DNA of 64,000 bases, taken from positions 13,828 to 77,827 of the forward strand of contig CAYMXP010000002.1 in the NCBI GenBank assembly GCA_964394425.1. The letters run 5' to 3'. Below the pieces are notes generated by a model. It did not search any database. It was not told where the DNA came from and worked only from the letters and a program-made list of their open reading frames with translations. Source of the DNA: an uncultured Chryseobacterium sp. GTDB taxonomy: Bacteria; Bacteroidota; Bacteroidia; Flavobacteriales_F; PHOS-HE28. Below are positions 8,762 to 18,115 of this stretch, in pieces. Every line of letters starts with the position of its first letter. The stretch's first letter is position 1. A program made the translations under genes and the position numbers.

Positions 8762-9064
8762 ATGCCCAGCTACGACACCCTTTCGCAGGCCGTGAACGCC
8801 CTGCGCCGCCGCGGATACACCGACGACCTCTCGCTCAAGGACCATTGCGTGGTGTGCGGCGGAAAGAAGACCGAGCTGCACCCGGAGGATTTCCACATCG
8901 ACGAGTTCCACCGCTTCGAAGGCGACAGCGATCCGGCGGACGAGGCCATCGTGTACGCCATCAGCGCGCCGAAGCATGGCATCAGGGGTGTGCTGGTGAA
9001 CGGCTATGGGCCCAGTGCATCAAGCCTCACCCAGGCGATGGTGGCCAAGCTGGCGACGCATTAG
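8762..9064 (+). CDS. Small conserved hypothetical protein (~100 aa); cytoplasmic and Cys-containing.
   Basis: ORF 'MPSYDTLSQAVNALRRRGYTDDLSLKDHCVVCGGKKTELHPEDFHIDEFHRFEGDSDPADEAIVYAISAPKHGIRGVLVNGYG'. Start uncertain: an in-frame GTG at 8726 is the alternative. Confidence 0.45.
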   Translation: MPSYDTLSQAVNALRRRGYTDDLSLKDHCVVCGGKKTELHPEDFHIDEFHRFEGDSDPADEAIVYAISAPKHGIRGVLVNGYGPSASSLTQAMVAKLATH

Positions 9065-9268
9065 AGGCTTTCCCGACAATGTCCTTCGGGCTGCGCGAAG
9101 CCCTTCGCAGCCATGCTTCGTCGCAGCAAGCTTCACGGAGCGACCGGCCATGCTCGGTTCCCGCGCCTTGCCTGGTCGCGCAACACCTCCGGATCGATCC
9201 CAAAAGATGTTGAGGTAACCCCGAGCAATGGGGTCGCTTCGGCGGCTATTTTGCGGGGCCGATCCTCA

Positions 9269-12200
9269 ATGGAACATACCGACCCCAAGGAACCACCGCG
9301 CATCGCCATGAGCGATCGCATGATCGTCGAGCAGTTCAAACGGAACTGCCCCGGTTGGACCGCCGACCAGGTCATTGAACGCTTCCGGCTTGGCCGCTTG
9401 GAGCATGAGCTGGCCGTTCTGGATGCATTCCCCGATGGGCGGGAGAACGCCCGCGTGAAGTGCATGGTGCTGGCTGCACCAGGCGATGCCAGGCCCATGG
9501 GAGCGGATGATGCCGGGCTGATCCGTGGCGTTGCCCAATGGGAAGGGCTGAACGCGGAAGAGAGCGAACACCTCGTTTCCCAATGGAAAACCATCGTGGA
9601 ACGGTTAGGGGTCGGAACATGGCACCCCCGACCTCCATCCATGACCCCGGCGTTGCCCATGCGCGACGTGGACTTCGAGGTACAGGAGGGTCTGGAGATC
9701 ATGAAGGAGCTCGACCAACGCGGTTGGCCGATGGAAAAGAGCGTGATCCGTGTGGGCCGGTTGAGCTTCTACAACCACTTCCGCCTGCTGGAGGTCGTCG
9801 ATCATGCCGCGGGATCCCGGGGATACGCCTTGTATCGCAAGAGCGATGGAGGGCTGGACCTGCGGCCGCTGGATGGCCGCTCTGCCGTGCTTCACGATGC
9901 GAACGGGGTGCCCGGCGAACTGGATCTGGGAGACCTCGAAAAGCAGACCGACTACCTGCGCTTCTTCTGCTGGGCGGTGGATGGCGGGGAGTCAGCCTTC
10001 CTGCTGCCGTCCAGTCCGTGGGAACTGCCGCTGCAACTCGATGCGGACCACAAAGCCATCGAGCAGGTGGTGCCCGAGGGGTGGAGGAAAGAGATGCAGG
10101 CCGTCGCGGGGATCCGTGCCGTGCAGGATGAAGAGGCCGCCACACACAAGTATGCACGGGACGGAGAGGGCCACGACCGGGGCCGCCTGGCCGCTCACGT
10201 CGCCTATGGCACCGCCTTGTTCAAGGGTTGGTTCAAGCTGGAGAAGAACGGCGAGGTGAGCATGGTGGACGACCAGCCCCTGGTGGCCAACCTGCCCATG
10301 AGGATCGAGCGCTTCGGCCATGGTCGTGTCACGATCATCGGACCGAGGCTGCCCAAGGAAGTGCTCGATCCCTACGGAGCGGACCGGGATGCCTTCAAGA
10401 CCGCGGCACCGGCGACGAACAGTGGCCCCGCGTTGATCGCTGAACTGGCCGACCCGGAGCGGGGTCCGCTCGTGGTGCGCGAGCCGGTGAGGATCGACCT
10501 GGCGACCATGCGCGAATGGAGTTCGCGCGAATTGCCCATATCGAACGTCCGGTTCGAGAATACCATGCGACTTTGTTCGCTGGCCACCGGTTGCCGGCTG
10601 AAGTTCATCAACTGCGTATTCGAACAAGGGATCGATGCGCGTCTGGCCACGCTCGATGGCGAGGTGCATCTGGAACGGTGCGACCTGGGGCGCATATCCA
10701 CTGAGCGCTCCGCTGCCCTGGACTGTACCGAAGCGGAAGTGACCCACTCACTGGTTTGCGTGGATTGCCACCTGGGTGGTGGCCTGGCCGGGCACAACCT
10801 GATGGTGGGCAGCGACCTGCGCATACGGGGGTGCCATGTGGGCGGGGAGTTGAGGAATGGTGGATCGGACGACCGCCGCATGCGCCATTGGAACGCGCGT
10901 GATCAGGCCCGTAACAGGGACCGCGCGGCAAGCACCCAGGCGTCCAGCGCGGAGGTCGTTCTCTCCGGGGCGGAGGTCGGTGGATCGCTCGAACTGTGCT
11001 TCCACGGCGGCGGTCAAGCCGACATCGCCCTGGTGTGCCTCGGAGGCCTCGTGGCCGAAGGGTGCGTGGTGCGCGGGGATCTGTCCCTGGAAGGAAGCGT
11101 GTGGCTCGGCGGGCTCGCTCTCAACGGGTGCCGGATCGATGGCGATCTGGTCATGTCGCAGGCCTGGGGAGGAAGGGGCGATTGGAGGTCGGGCCTGGTG
11201 GGCAAGGAACACCTGGCTCTCTGCAATGCGGAGGTGAATGGCAACGTGATCATCGGGTCATGCGACATCGGCGCGAACATCGATCTCAACGGCTTGCGCG
11301 CCCAAGGCGTAATGGACCTCTGCGGCACCCGATGCGACAATGACCTCATTCTGTCCTTTGCCCGGATCAAGGGCTGGATGCGATCGTTCCGGTACCATGG
11401 CGATGAACTGGGCGGAAGAAGCCCGCTATCCATCGGCGGGGAACTGGTTCTGTCGGCGGCCCACATCGGTTACGTGGAATTGCGCGGCCTCACGGTGAAG
11501 AGGAACGTGACCGTGCGCACGGGGCAGTTCGGGCGGTTCATCCTCGGTCCCAGCCCCATGCCGCGAAAGGACAAGGTGCTTGGCATCGAGCGCGGCAGCG
11601 TGGGCGGGTTGTTGATGCGCGGGGTGATGGTCGACGAGGTGGTGGATCTCACCGCCATCAGGGTGAAAAGCTCGCGCGAGGGCGTGGTGAACGAGCAGAA
11701 CCGGCGGGATGAAGAAGGCCAGATGGCCATCAGCTATTGCCGCATCGGCGCCGATCTGCTGCTGTTCCAGCCCGATCTCGCCCAGGTCATCCTTCGCCGT
11801 TGGGACCCCGACAGCCCCTCGGGGGCCTGGATCTGGGACGAGCGCGTGGTGGATGGCACGACACAGAAGCTCCAACCCGGGATCCTTCGAATGGAGATCG
11901 AGAGCGACCTTGACCTTCAAGCCAGCAACGTGGGCGGGAAGCTGGACCTGCGCAACGCGACCGTGGGCGGCAGCATCTGGATGAACGACATGAGCGTGAC
12001 CCTCGACGTTCACATGGGTCACGAGGGAAACCCGCCCTACGGGCATCCGACCCTGTGGGCCGAGGGCCTGCGAACGACCTGCCGCATGATCGATCTTGAG
12101 AAGATCGAATGCCGGGGCGATGTGTTCATGACGGGGCTGGAAGCGACCGGCCCGGCCAAGGACGGCTCCATCGTGAAAGCACGTGAAGCGATGGTGCGCG

Positions 12201-13366
12201 GCGAATTGTTGCTGATGGAAAAGCAAACGGGCGACGAGGTCGCGAAAGCCCTGATCCATGGCCGGGTGGACCTGGCCGCCGCGCGCATCAACCACCTCAT
12301 CATCGGGCGCGATAATTTCCCGCTGCACGATCAGCCGGACCGATGCGGCGTGAACCTGGAACGCGCCACCATTCACCGCCTGGAGGTGCGCAAGCCCGTG
12401 CCTGGTCCGCTGGACCTGCGCGGCGTGGCCGTGCATCAATGGGAGGTCGAAGAGGGATCGGCCGATCAGATCGCGGTGTTGGAGAACATGCATCCCTTCG
12501 ATCGCAGCGTATGGATCGGTGTGGAACGGAACCTGCGCAACGAAGGGCGTGACGCTGAGGCCAACCGGATGTACCGCGCCATGTTGAGGGCCGGTAAGTC
12601 GACCTCCATCGGCCGCCGGTTCCACACCCGTGAGGAACTCCTGGGCGGACTGGGGGTGATGGCGCTGCTGGTGCTGTTGCTCGCGGTCAATTTCAGCCTT
12701 GGATCCTGGCCGGTGCTAATCGCCCTGGTGCTCTTCATTCTGGGGTCCTTCATGATCCGCGCCCTGGGGAAGGGCACGCAAAAACGGTGGCGCAAGCGGA
12801 TCGAAAGCCTGGGCAGGCGCATCGTGGGCGCCAAGGGGGTCCGCTGGGCCGGCATCGGCTGGCATGGCTTCGTTGGCCTGCCCACCGACCACGGCACGCG
12901 CATCTGGAGGCCCATGGTGCTGTGGGTGATCTTGCTATTCCCTTCCTTCTGGATCTTCAACGACCCTCGGAACGTGGAACTGGAGTTGGGCGCGCGGGTG
13001 GTGCGCGTGGCCGATGGCCGTGTGGTGGGATCCGCTGATCCGTTCGTACATATGGATCTTTCGGAAGACCTGGCCGATGATCGCTTCCGGCTGGTGGAAT
13101 TGGGCCGCGACGAAGTGGCCCCCCTGCGTGGCCAGGACTGGTCGCCCGCCGACGCCGCGTTCCTGGTGTTGCGCTATCAGGTGCCGATCCTTGACCTGGC
13201 CTTCCATACGCCCTGGACGGCCGGCCAGGATCCGATCACGCTGGCCGGGGTGGGATCCTTCACCCCCGAGCAATGGGCCTTGTTCGTGAAGGTCTACAGC
13301 TTCATCGCCTGGTCGTTGCTGCTGATCGGTCTGTCGGTGCGGGTCTTCAGGGGCAAACAGGGGTGA
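9269..13366 (+). CDS. Very large (1365 aa) hypothetical membrane protein. It has an N-terminal soluble domain (~470 aa), a central Cys/Gly/Asp-rich beta-solenoid-like repeat region (~450 aa), and a C-terminal region with 3-4 TM helices.
   Basis: Continuous ORF with no recognisable catalytic motif. Central periodic repeats: 'RCDLGRIS…LVCVDCHLGGGLAGHNLMVGSDLRIRGCHVGGEL…LELCFHGGGQADIALVCLGGLVAEGCVVRGDLSLEGSVWLGGLALNGCRIDGDL…LALCNAEVNGNVIIGSCDIGANIDLNGL'. Hydrophobic helices 'GVMALLVLLLAVNFSLGSWPVLIALVLFILGSFMI', 'MVLWVILLFPSFWIF', 'VYSFIAWSLLLIGLSV'. Start set at the ATG at 9269 (MEHTDP); the ORF-track start at 9113 is an upstream in-frame extension. Confidence 0.6.
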   Translation: MEHTDPKEPPRIAMSDRMIVEQFKRNCPGWTADQVIERFRLGRLEHELAVLDAFPDGRENARVKCMVLAAPGDARPMGADDAGLIRGVAQWEGLNAEESEHLVSQWKTIVERLGVGTWHPRPPSMTPALPMRDVDFEVQEGLEIMKELDQRGWPMEKSVIRVGRLSFYNHFRLLEVVDHAAGSRGYALYRKSDGGLDLRPLDGRSAVLHDANGVPGELDLGDLEKQTDYLRFFCWAVDGGESAFLLPSSPWELPLQLDADHKAIEQVVPEGWRKEMQAVAGIRAVQDEEAATHKYARDGEGHDRGRLAAHVAYGTALFKGWFKLEKNGEVSMVDDQPLVANLPMRIERFGHGRVTIIGPRLPKEVLDPYGADRDAFKTAAPATNSGPALIAELADPERGPLVVREPVRIDLATMREWSSRELPISNVRFENTMRLCSLATGCRLKFINCVFEQGIDARLATLDGEVHLERCDLGRISTERSAALDCTEAEVTHSLVCVDCHLGGGLAGHNLMVGSDLRIRGCHVGGELRNGGSDDRRMRHWNARDQARNRDRAASTQASSAEVVLSGAEVGGSLELCFHGGGQADIALVCLGGLVAEGCVVRGDLSLEGSVWLGGLALNGCRIDGDLVMSQAWGGRGDWRSGLVGKEHLALCNAEVNGNVIIGSCDIGANIDLNGLRAQGVMDLCGTRCDNDLILSFARIKGWMRSFRYHGDELGGRSPLSIGGELVLSAAHIGYVELRGLTVKRNVTVRTGQFGRFILGPSPMPRKDKVLGIERGSVGGLLMRGVMVDEVVDLTAIRVKSSREGVVNEQNRRDEEGQMAISYCRIGADLLLFQPDLAQVILRRWDPDSPSGAWIWDERVVDGTTQKLQPGILRMEIESDLDLQASNVGGKLDLRNATVGGSIWMNDMSVTLDVHMGHEGNPPYGHPTLWAEGLRTTCRMIDLEKIECRGDVFMTGLEATGPAKDGSIVKAREAMVRGELLLMEKQTGDEVAKALIHGRVDLAAARINHLIIGRDNFPLHDQPDRCGVNLERATIHRLEVRKPVPGPLDLRGVAVHQWEVEEGSADQIAVLENMHPFDRSVWIGVERNLRNEGRDAEANRMYRAMLRAGKSTSIGRRFHTREELLGGLGVMALLVLLLAVNFSLGSWPVLIALVLFILGSFMIRALGKGTQKRWRKRIESLGRRIVGAKGVRWAGIGWHGFVGLPTDHGTRIWRPMVLWVILLFPSFWIFNDPRNVELELGARVVRVADGRVVGSADPFVHMDLSEDLADDRFRLVELGRDEVAPLRGQDWSPADAAFLVLRYQVPILDLAFHTPWTAGQDPITLAGVGSFTPEQWALFVKVYSFIAWSLLLIGLSVRVFRGKQG

Positions 13367-13514
13367 ACGCCGGCAGCCCCCGGCATGAGCGGGTTGCTCC
13401 GTTCATCGCTTCCGAACGATCCTTCCGCTCCTCGTTCCGCGGATCTGACTTCCGGCGCCACACCTCTATTTTCGTCACATGGTCGGTCCTCCCAAGTTCG
13501 CGCGCATCCTGAAC

Positions 13515-15905
13515 ATGCTGCGTGCCGCCTGCTCCGTCCTGCTGCCCGCCGGCGCCTTCATGCTGCTCTCCACCACGGCCCGCGCGCAGGAGCCCATGCG
13601 CCATTCCAAGGTGACGATCCATTTCGACGGCCGCGCCGAGGCCATGAGGCAGTTGGGCGCGCTCGGCCTGGCGGTGGACCACGGCGAGCTGATCCCCGGC
13701 CGCTCCTTCACCACCGACCTGTCGGAGCGTGAGATCGGGTTGGCGCGCGATGCGGGCTTTGCATGCGAGGTGCTCATCGAGGATGTGTCCTCCTACTACC
13801 GCGCGCGCAACGCCGCCGGCCCGCCGCCGGAACCGCGCGCCGAAGGCTGGCTGTGCGACGGGCCTGAAAGCTTCCCCGTGCCGCAGCACTTCACCTACGG
13901 CAGCATGGGCGGCTATTACACCTGGCAGGAAATGCTCGACGTGCTGGACACCATGGTGGCCCTGTACCCGGGTCTGATCAGCGCGCCGCAGGTGATCGGC
14001 ACGTCCATCGAAGGGCGGCCGATCCACTTCGTGCGGATCTCGAACGACCCGAACGTCGATCAGGCGAAACCCGAGGTACACTACAACGCGCTGCACCACG
14101 CGCGCGAGCCGGGCGGTCTTTCGCAGTTGATCTTCTTCATGTGGCACCTGCTGGAGAACTACGGCACCGATCCGGAGGTCACCTACCTGCTGGACACGCG
14201 CGAGCTCTACTTTGTTCCCTGCGTGAACCCCGACGGCTACGTGTACAACGAGACCACCGATCCCGGCGGCGGCGGCATGTGGCGCAAGAACCGGCGCGAT
14301 AACGGCGACGGCAGCTTCGGCGTGGACCTGAACCGCAACTTCGGCTTTCTCTGGGGCTACGACGACTTCGGCTCCTCGCCCGATCCCGCCAGCGAGGTGT
14401 ACCGCGGCGCGGCACCCTTCTCCGAGCCGGAGACGCAGGCGGTGCGCGACTTCTGCAACGCGCGCCAGTTCCGCAACGCGCTCAGCTACCACACCCACGG
14501 CAACATGGTGATCCATCCCTGGGGCTACGGCGAGGCGGTGCTCTCGGTGGATTCCATGCTCTACCACGCCCACGCCCGGCTGGTGACGCGCAATAACGGC
14601 TACGTGTTCGGCACCACCGACGAGGTGCTCAACTACACGGTGAACGGCACCACCAACGACTGGATGTACGGTGAGGAGGTCACCAAGCCCAAGATCATCA
14701 CCATGACCCCCGAGGCCGGCACCGCCGGCGACGGCTTCTGGCCACCGCAATCGCGCATCATCCCCATCAGCGCTGAGAACCTCGACGCCAACCTGCTCAC
14801 CGCCCACCTGGCCGGCGCTTACGCCCGCACGATCGACCGCGAGCCGCCGGTGATCGAGACGACCACCGCGATGATCGCCTTCGACATCGAATGCCTGGGC
14901 CTGGACACGGCCGACTTCACCGTGACCATCGAACCGCTGGAGAACGTGATCGGCACCGGCGCGCCCGTGGCCTTCCCCGCCATGCACACCCTGGAGGCGC
15001 GCGGCGATTCCATCGAGGTGTTCCTGGACCCTTCGATCGCGGCCGGCGATGAACTGCGGTACATCCTGGCGGTGAGCAACGGCCTTTTCACCCACCGCGA
15101 TACGATCCGCAAGGTCTTCGGCCAGCCGCAGGTGCTGGTGCAGGACGACTGCATCGACCTGGACGACTGGGATGCGGACGACTGGGGCACCACCACCGAA
15201 CACTGGTACTCGCCGCCCGCGTCCTTCACCGATTCCCCGTTCATGTTCTACTGGGCCTACGCGTCGAACGAACTGGTGTACGACGGCACCATCGACCTGA
15301 CCGGCGCCACATCGGCGGCGCTCACCTTCATGGCGCGCTGGGACATCCAGCACAACCGCGACTACGCCCAGGTGCAGGTCTCGCCCGATGGCGTGGACTG
15401 GACGGCATTGTGCGGGTTGTTCACGCGTCCGGGTTCCAATTTCCAGGATGAGGGCCAGCCGCTGTTCGACGGGCGCCAGAACGAATGGGTGGCGGAGGAG
15501 ATGAGCCTGCATGACTTCCTCGGCCAGCCGCTGCTGCTGCGGTTCCGCCTGGTGTCCAACGGCGCGGAGGAGCGCGATGGGTTCTATGTCGATGACCTGC
15601 GGTTGATCTCCACGGGAGCGACGATCGCGGGGATCGATGCGGCGGGCGGCGCGGGCGCGATCACCATCATGCCCGATCCGGCGGCGGACATGGCGCGCAT
15701 CGCCTATGCGCTTCCGTCGGGGGGAGCAGAGGCCCGACTGGAGATCCATGACGCGCTGGGGGCTGTGATCGCCGCCAGCGCGCTGCCCGAAGGACGCGGG
15801 ACCATCGATCTGAACGCGGAACGGTTCGCGCCCGGCTTATACCACGTTTCCATCCTTGGTGAGGGCGGTCCGGCACTGCACGCCAGGCTGATGGTCGCCC
15901 GCTGA
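13515..15905 (+). CDS. Secreted M14-family zinc carboxypeptidase with a T9SS C-terminal sorting domain.
   Basis: Signal peptide 'MLRAACSVLLPAGAFMLLSTTARAQE'. Zn ligands 'HYNALHHAREP' and 'LSYHTHGN'. C-terminal Por/T9SS-type tail 'MPDPAADMARIAYALPSGGAEARLEIHDALGAVIA…GLYHVSILGEGG'. Confidence 0.85.
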   Translation: MLRAACSVLLPAGAFMLLSTTARAQEPMRHSKVTIHFDGRAEAMRQLGALGLAVDHGELIPGRSFTTDLSEREIGLARDAGFACEVLIEDVSSYYRARNAAGPPPEPRAEGWLCDGPESFPVPQHFTYGSMGGYYTWQEMLDVLDTMVALYPGLISAPQVIGTSIEGRPIHFVRISNDPNVDQAKPEVHYNALHHAREPGGLSQLIFFMWHLLENYGTDPEVTYLLDTRELYFVPCVNPDGYVYNETTDPGGGGMWRKNRRDNGDGSFGVDLNRNFGFLWGYDDFGSSPDPASEVYRGAAPFSEPETQAVRDFCNARQFRNALSYHTHGNMVIHPWGYGEAVLSVDSMLYHAHARLVTRNNGYVFGTTDEVLNYTVNGTTNDWMYGEEVTKPKIITMTPEAGTAGDGFWPPQSRIIPISAENLDANLLTAHLAGAYARTIDREPPVIETTTAMIAFDIECLGLDTADFTVTIEPLENVIGTGAPVAFPAMHTLEARGDSIEVFLDPSIAAGDELRYILAVSNGLFTHRDTIRKVFGQPQVLVQDDCIDLDDWDADDWGTTTEHWYSPPASFTDSPFMFYWAYASNELVYDGTIDLTGATSAALTFMARWDIQHNRDYAQVQVSPDGVDWTALCGLFTRPGSNFQDEGQPLFDGRQNEWVAEEMSLHDFLGQPLLLRFRLVSNGAEERDGFYVDDLRLISTGATIAGIDAAGGAGAITIMPDPAADMARIAYALPSGGAEARLEIHDALGAVIAASALPEGRGTIDLNAERFAPGLYHVSILGEGGPALHARLMVAR

Positions 15906-15918
15906 TCGACCGTGCGGA

Positions 15919-16839
15919 TCACTCCTGGGCCGGCTCGCCGCCCAGCAGGTCGCGCAGCATCTTCAGATCGGCCACGCGCTCGGGGTCGTTGAGCTTCTCG
16001 TAGCTGTGGACCAGGTTGTTCAACTGCCGGCGCACGATGTCCAGGTTGGTGCAGGGGTGGTAGAAGTCCTGCTTGTTGGGCAGGTTCAGCTTCTGCAGGA
16101 ACTCATCGATCTCGTTGCGGCCCAGGATGTCGCCCTGGCTGAAGGCGTTCACATAGAAGAGGATGTTCTGCCTGCCGTCCTGCCCGCCGCCCACGCTGCC
16201 CTCGTCCATGTAGGCCAGCACGAAGTGGTTGGGCAGGTTCACGCCGCGCAAGGGAAGATCAAGGTCCTCGGCCAGCACCTGGTAGATGATCGCCAGGCTG
16301 AGCGGATTGCCCTTGCGCGCGTCGAGCACCTCGTTCAGGTAGCTGTTCTGCGGCGCGTGGTAGTTGCGCTTGTTGCCCTTGAAGCCATGCACCTGGAAGA
16401 GGATGTGGTTGAACACGCGCACCTTCTCGAAGGCGGTCAGGTGGTCGTTCAGCTCCAGCCAGATGTCCTGCCGGATGGCGCTGAGGCGCGCCTTCACGCG
16501 CTGCTCGTCAAGGTCGGGATAGCGGTATCGGCAGATGATCATCGCCCCTTCCAGCAGGTCCTCGCCGCTGGAGGCCGCCCAGGCGCGCAGGCGGGCCTGC
16601 ACGCTGCTGATGTGGATCGAGTGCAGGATGTCCTCGATGCGCGTGCGGAACAGGTCGCCCAGTTGGTCCACCTCCCAGGCACGCTCCAGCACGGGCACCA
16701 CCGGATCGCCCAGCGACACGATGCGGTCGCGCACCTGGCGGTAGATGCCCTCGTCGGGGTCGTCGATCAGGCTGATCAACGCGGTGATCTCGCGCTGTGG
16801 GCCGTGTGCGGGTCCTGAAGGTGCGGGAACGTTGCGCAT
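15919..16839 (-). CDS. Transglutaminase-like/TPR-containing protein (UPF0162/SirB1-like).
   Basis: 'YLNEVLDARKGNPLSLAIIYQVLAEDLDLPLRGVNLPNHFVL' is typical of the transglutaminase-like superfamily, followed by a C-terminal helical region. Start at the ATG at 16839 (MRNVPAP). Confidence 0.65.
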   Translation of the reverse strand: MRNVPAPSGPAHGPQREITALISLIDDPDEGIYRQVRDRIVSLGDPVVPVLERAWEVDQLGDLFRTRIEDILHSIHISSVQARLRAWAASSGEDLLEGAMIICRYRYPDLDEQRVKARLSAIRQDIWLELNDHLTAFEKVRVFNHILFQVHGFKGNKRNYHAPQNSYLNEVLDARKGNPLSLAIIYQVLAEDLDLPLRGVNLPNHFVLAYMDEGSVGGGQDGRQNILFYVNAFSQGDILGRNEIDEFLQKLNLPNKQDFYHPCTNLDIVRRQLNNLVHSYEKLNDPERVADLKMLRDLLGGEPAQE

Positions 16840-16957
16840 GGTCTGGGTTCTGCGCGGGCCAAAGTATTCCCGCCTCCGGGGGGCGGTCCGGCCCGCGCAT
16901 CCCGACTTTCCAGCAAGGCCCTGTTGATCGCAGCTTGCGTCGATCTTCGCGCCGCGC

Positions 16958-18115
16958 ATGCGGCGGTCCCTCACCATCGGTTACCTCACCGTCGACGATC
17001 CACGCGACCGGCGCACCTGGTCGGGGATCAACCACTTCCTGCTGCGCGCCATCGAAGGAGAGGGCCATCGCGTCGTGGTGCTCGGGCCGTTGCGCCCCCA
17101 AGCGGCGCTCCTATTCTGCCGCCTGGTCAACCAGGTGGCCCTGCGGCTGTTCGGAAAGCGATTCCACTACCGCGACTCCTTCATCATGGCGCGCGCGTAC
17201 GCGCGCGTGCTGCAACGGCGCCTCGCGCACGAGCGCATGGACCTGATCATCGCCCCGGCGGGCATCGCCACCACGGCGCTGCTGCGCACCACGGTGCCCA
17301 TCGTGTACATCAACGACCGGTGCATCGCCGGCGCCATCGGCTACCACAAGGTGTTGAAGGATCTGCTGGCTTTTTCGCGCCGCCAGAGCCTCGCACTGGA
17401 GCGCAAGGCCTTGGAGCGCGCGCATCGGGTGATCTACGCCTCGCACTGGGCGGCCGATGCCGCGCGAGCGGCTTATCCCGACCTGGCGGCCGGGATCCAG
17501 GTGATCCCCTTCGGCGCGAACCTGGAGAAGTCGCCTCCCGCGCCCGCGCCCCGCGCCTTTCCGCCGGAGAAGCTCAAGCTCCTCTTCCTCGGCGTGTATT
17601 GGGACGACAAGGGCGGGCCGATCGCGTACCGCGCGTTGATCGAACTGAAGCGGCGTGGCGTTGACGCGGAACTGGTGGTCTGCGGATGCGACCCCCCGCC
17701 GGAATGCGATGATCCCGACCTGGTGCGCGAAGGCTTCCTCAACAAGAACATCCCCGCCGACCTGGAAAAGCTGGAGCGCCACCTGGACAGCGCGCACTTC
17801 CTGATCGTACCCACGCGGTTCGAGGCCTATGGCATCGTGTTCTGCGAGGCGGCGGCCCACGGGCTTCCGGTGCTGGCCACGCGCACCGGTGGGGTGCCCA
17901 CCATCGTGGAAGACGGCCGCACGGGCTTCCTCTTCGACCTGGATGAAGGCGGAGCGGCTTATGCGGAAAGGATCGCGCGGCTGATCGGCGATCCGCAAGG
18001 CTGGCGGATGATGCGCGCGAACGCGCGCGCGCGCTACGAAGGCTCGCTTACGTGGACGGCCTTCACGCGCGCGATGCTCGATCAGCTGGACGCCGGCGCG
18101 AGCAACGCCCGGTAG
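16958..18115 (+). CDS. GT4-family glycosyltransferase.
   Basis: GT-B motifs 'KLKLLFLGVYWDDKGGPIAY…' and 'FLIVPTRFEAYGIVFCEAAAHGLPVLATRTGGVPTIVEDGRTGFL'. Confidence 0.8.
   Translation: MRRSLTIGYLTVDDPRDRRTWSGINHFLLRAIEGEGHRVVVLGPLRPQAALLFCRLVNQVALRLFGKRFHYRDSFIMARAYARVLQRRLAHERMDLIIAPAGIATTALLRTTVPIVYINDRCIAGAIGYHKVLKDLLAFSRRQSLALERKALERAHRVIYASHWAADAARAAYPDLAAGIQVIPFGANLEKSPPAPAPRAFPPEKLKLLFLGVYWDDKGGPIAYRALIELKRRGVDAELVVCGCDPPPECDDPDLVREGFLNKNIPADLEKLERHLDSAHFLIVPTRFEAYGIVFCEAAAHGLPVLATRTGGVPTIVEDGRTGFLFDLDEGGAAYAERIARLIGDPQGWRMMRANARARYEGSLTWTAFTRAMLDQLDAGASNAR

Noticed and set aside
13347-15749. An 800-aa ORF antisense to the M14 carboxypeptidase gene.
   Set aside because: Arg/Gly/Ala/His-rich low-complexity translation typical of the reverse frame of a high-GC gene. 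The sense strand has clear M14 zinc-binding motifs and a T9SS tail.
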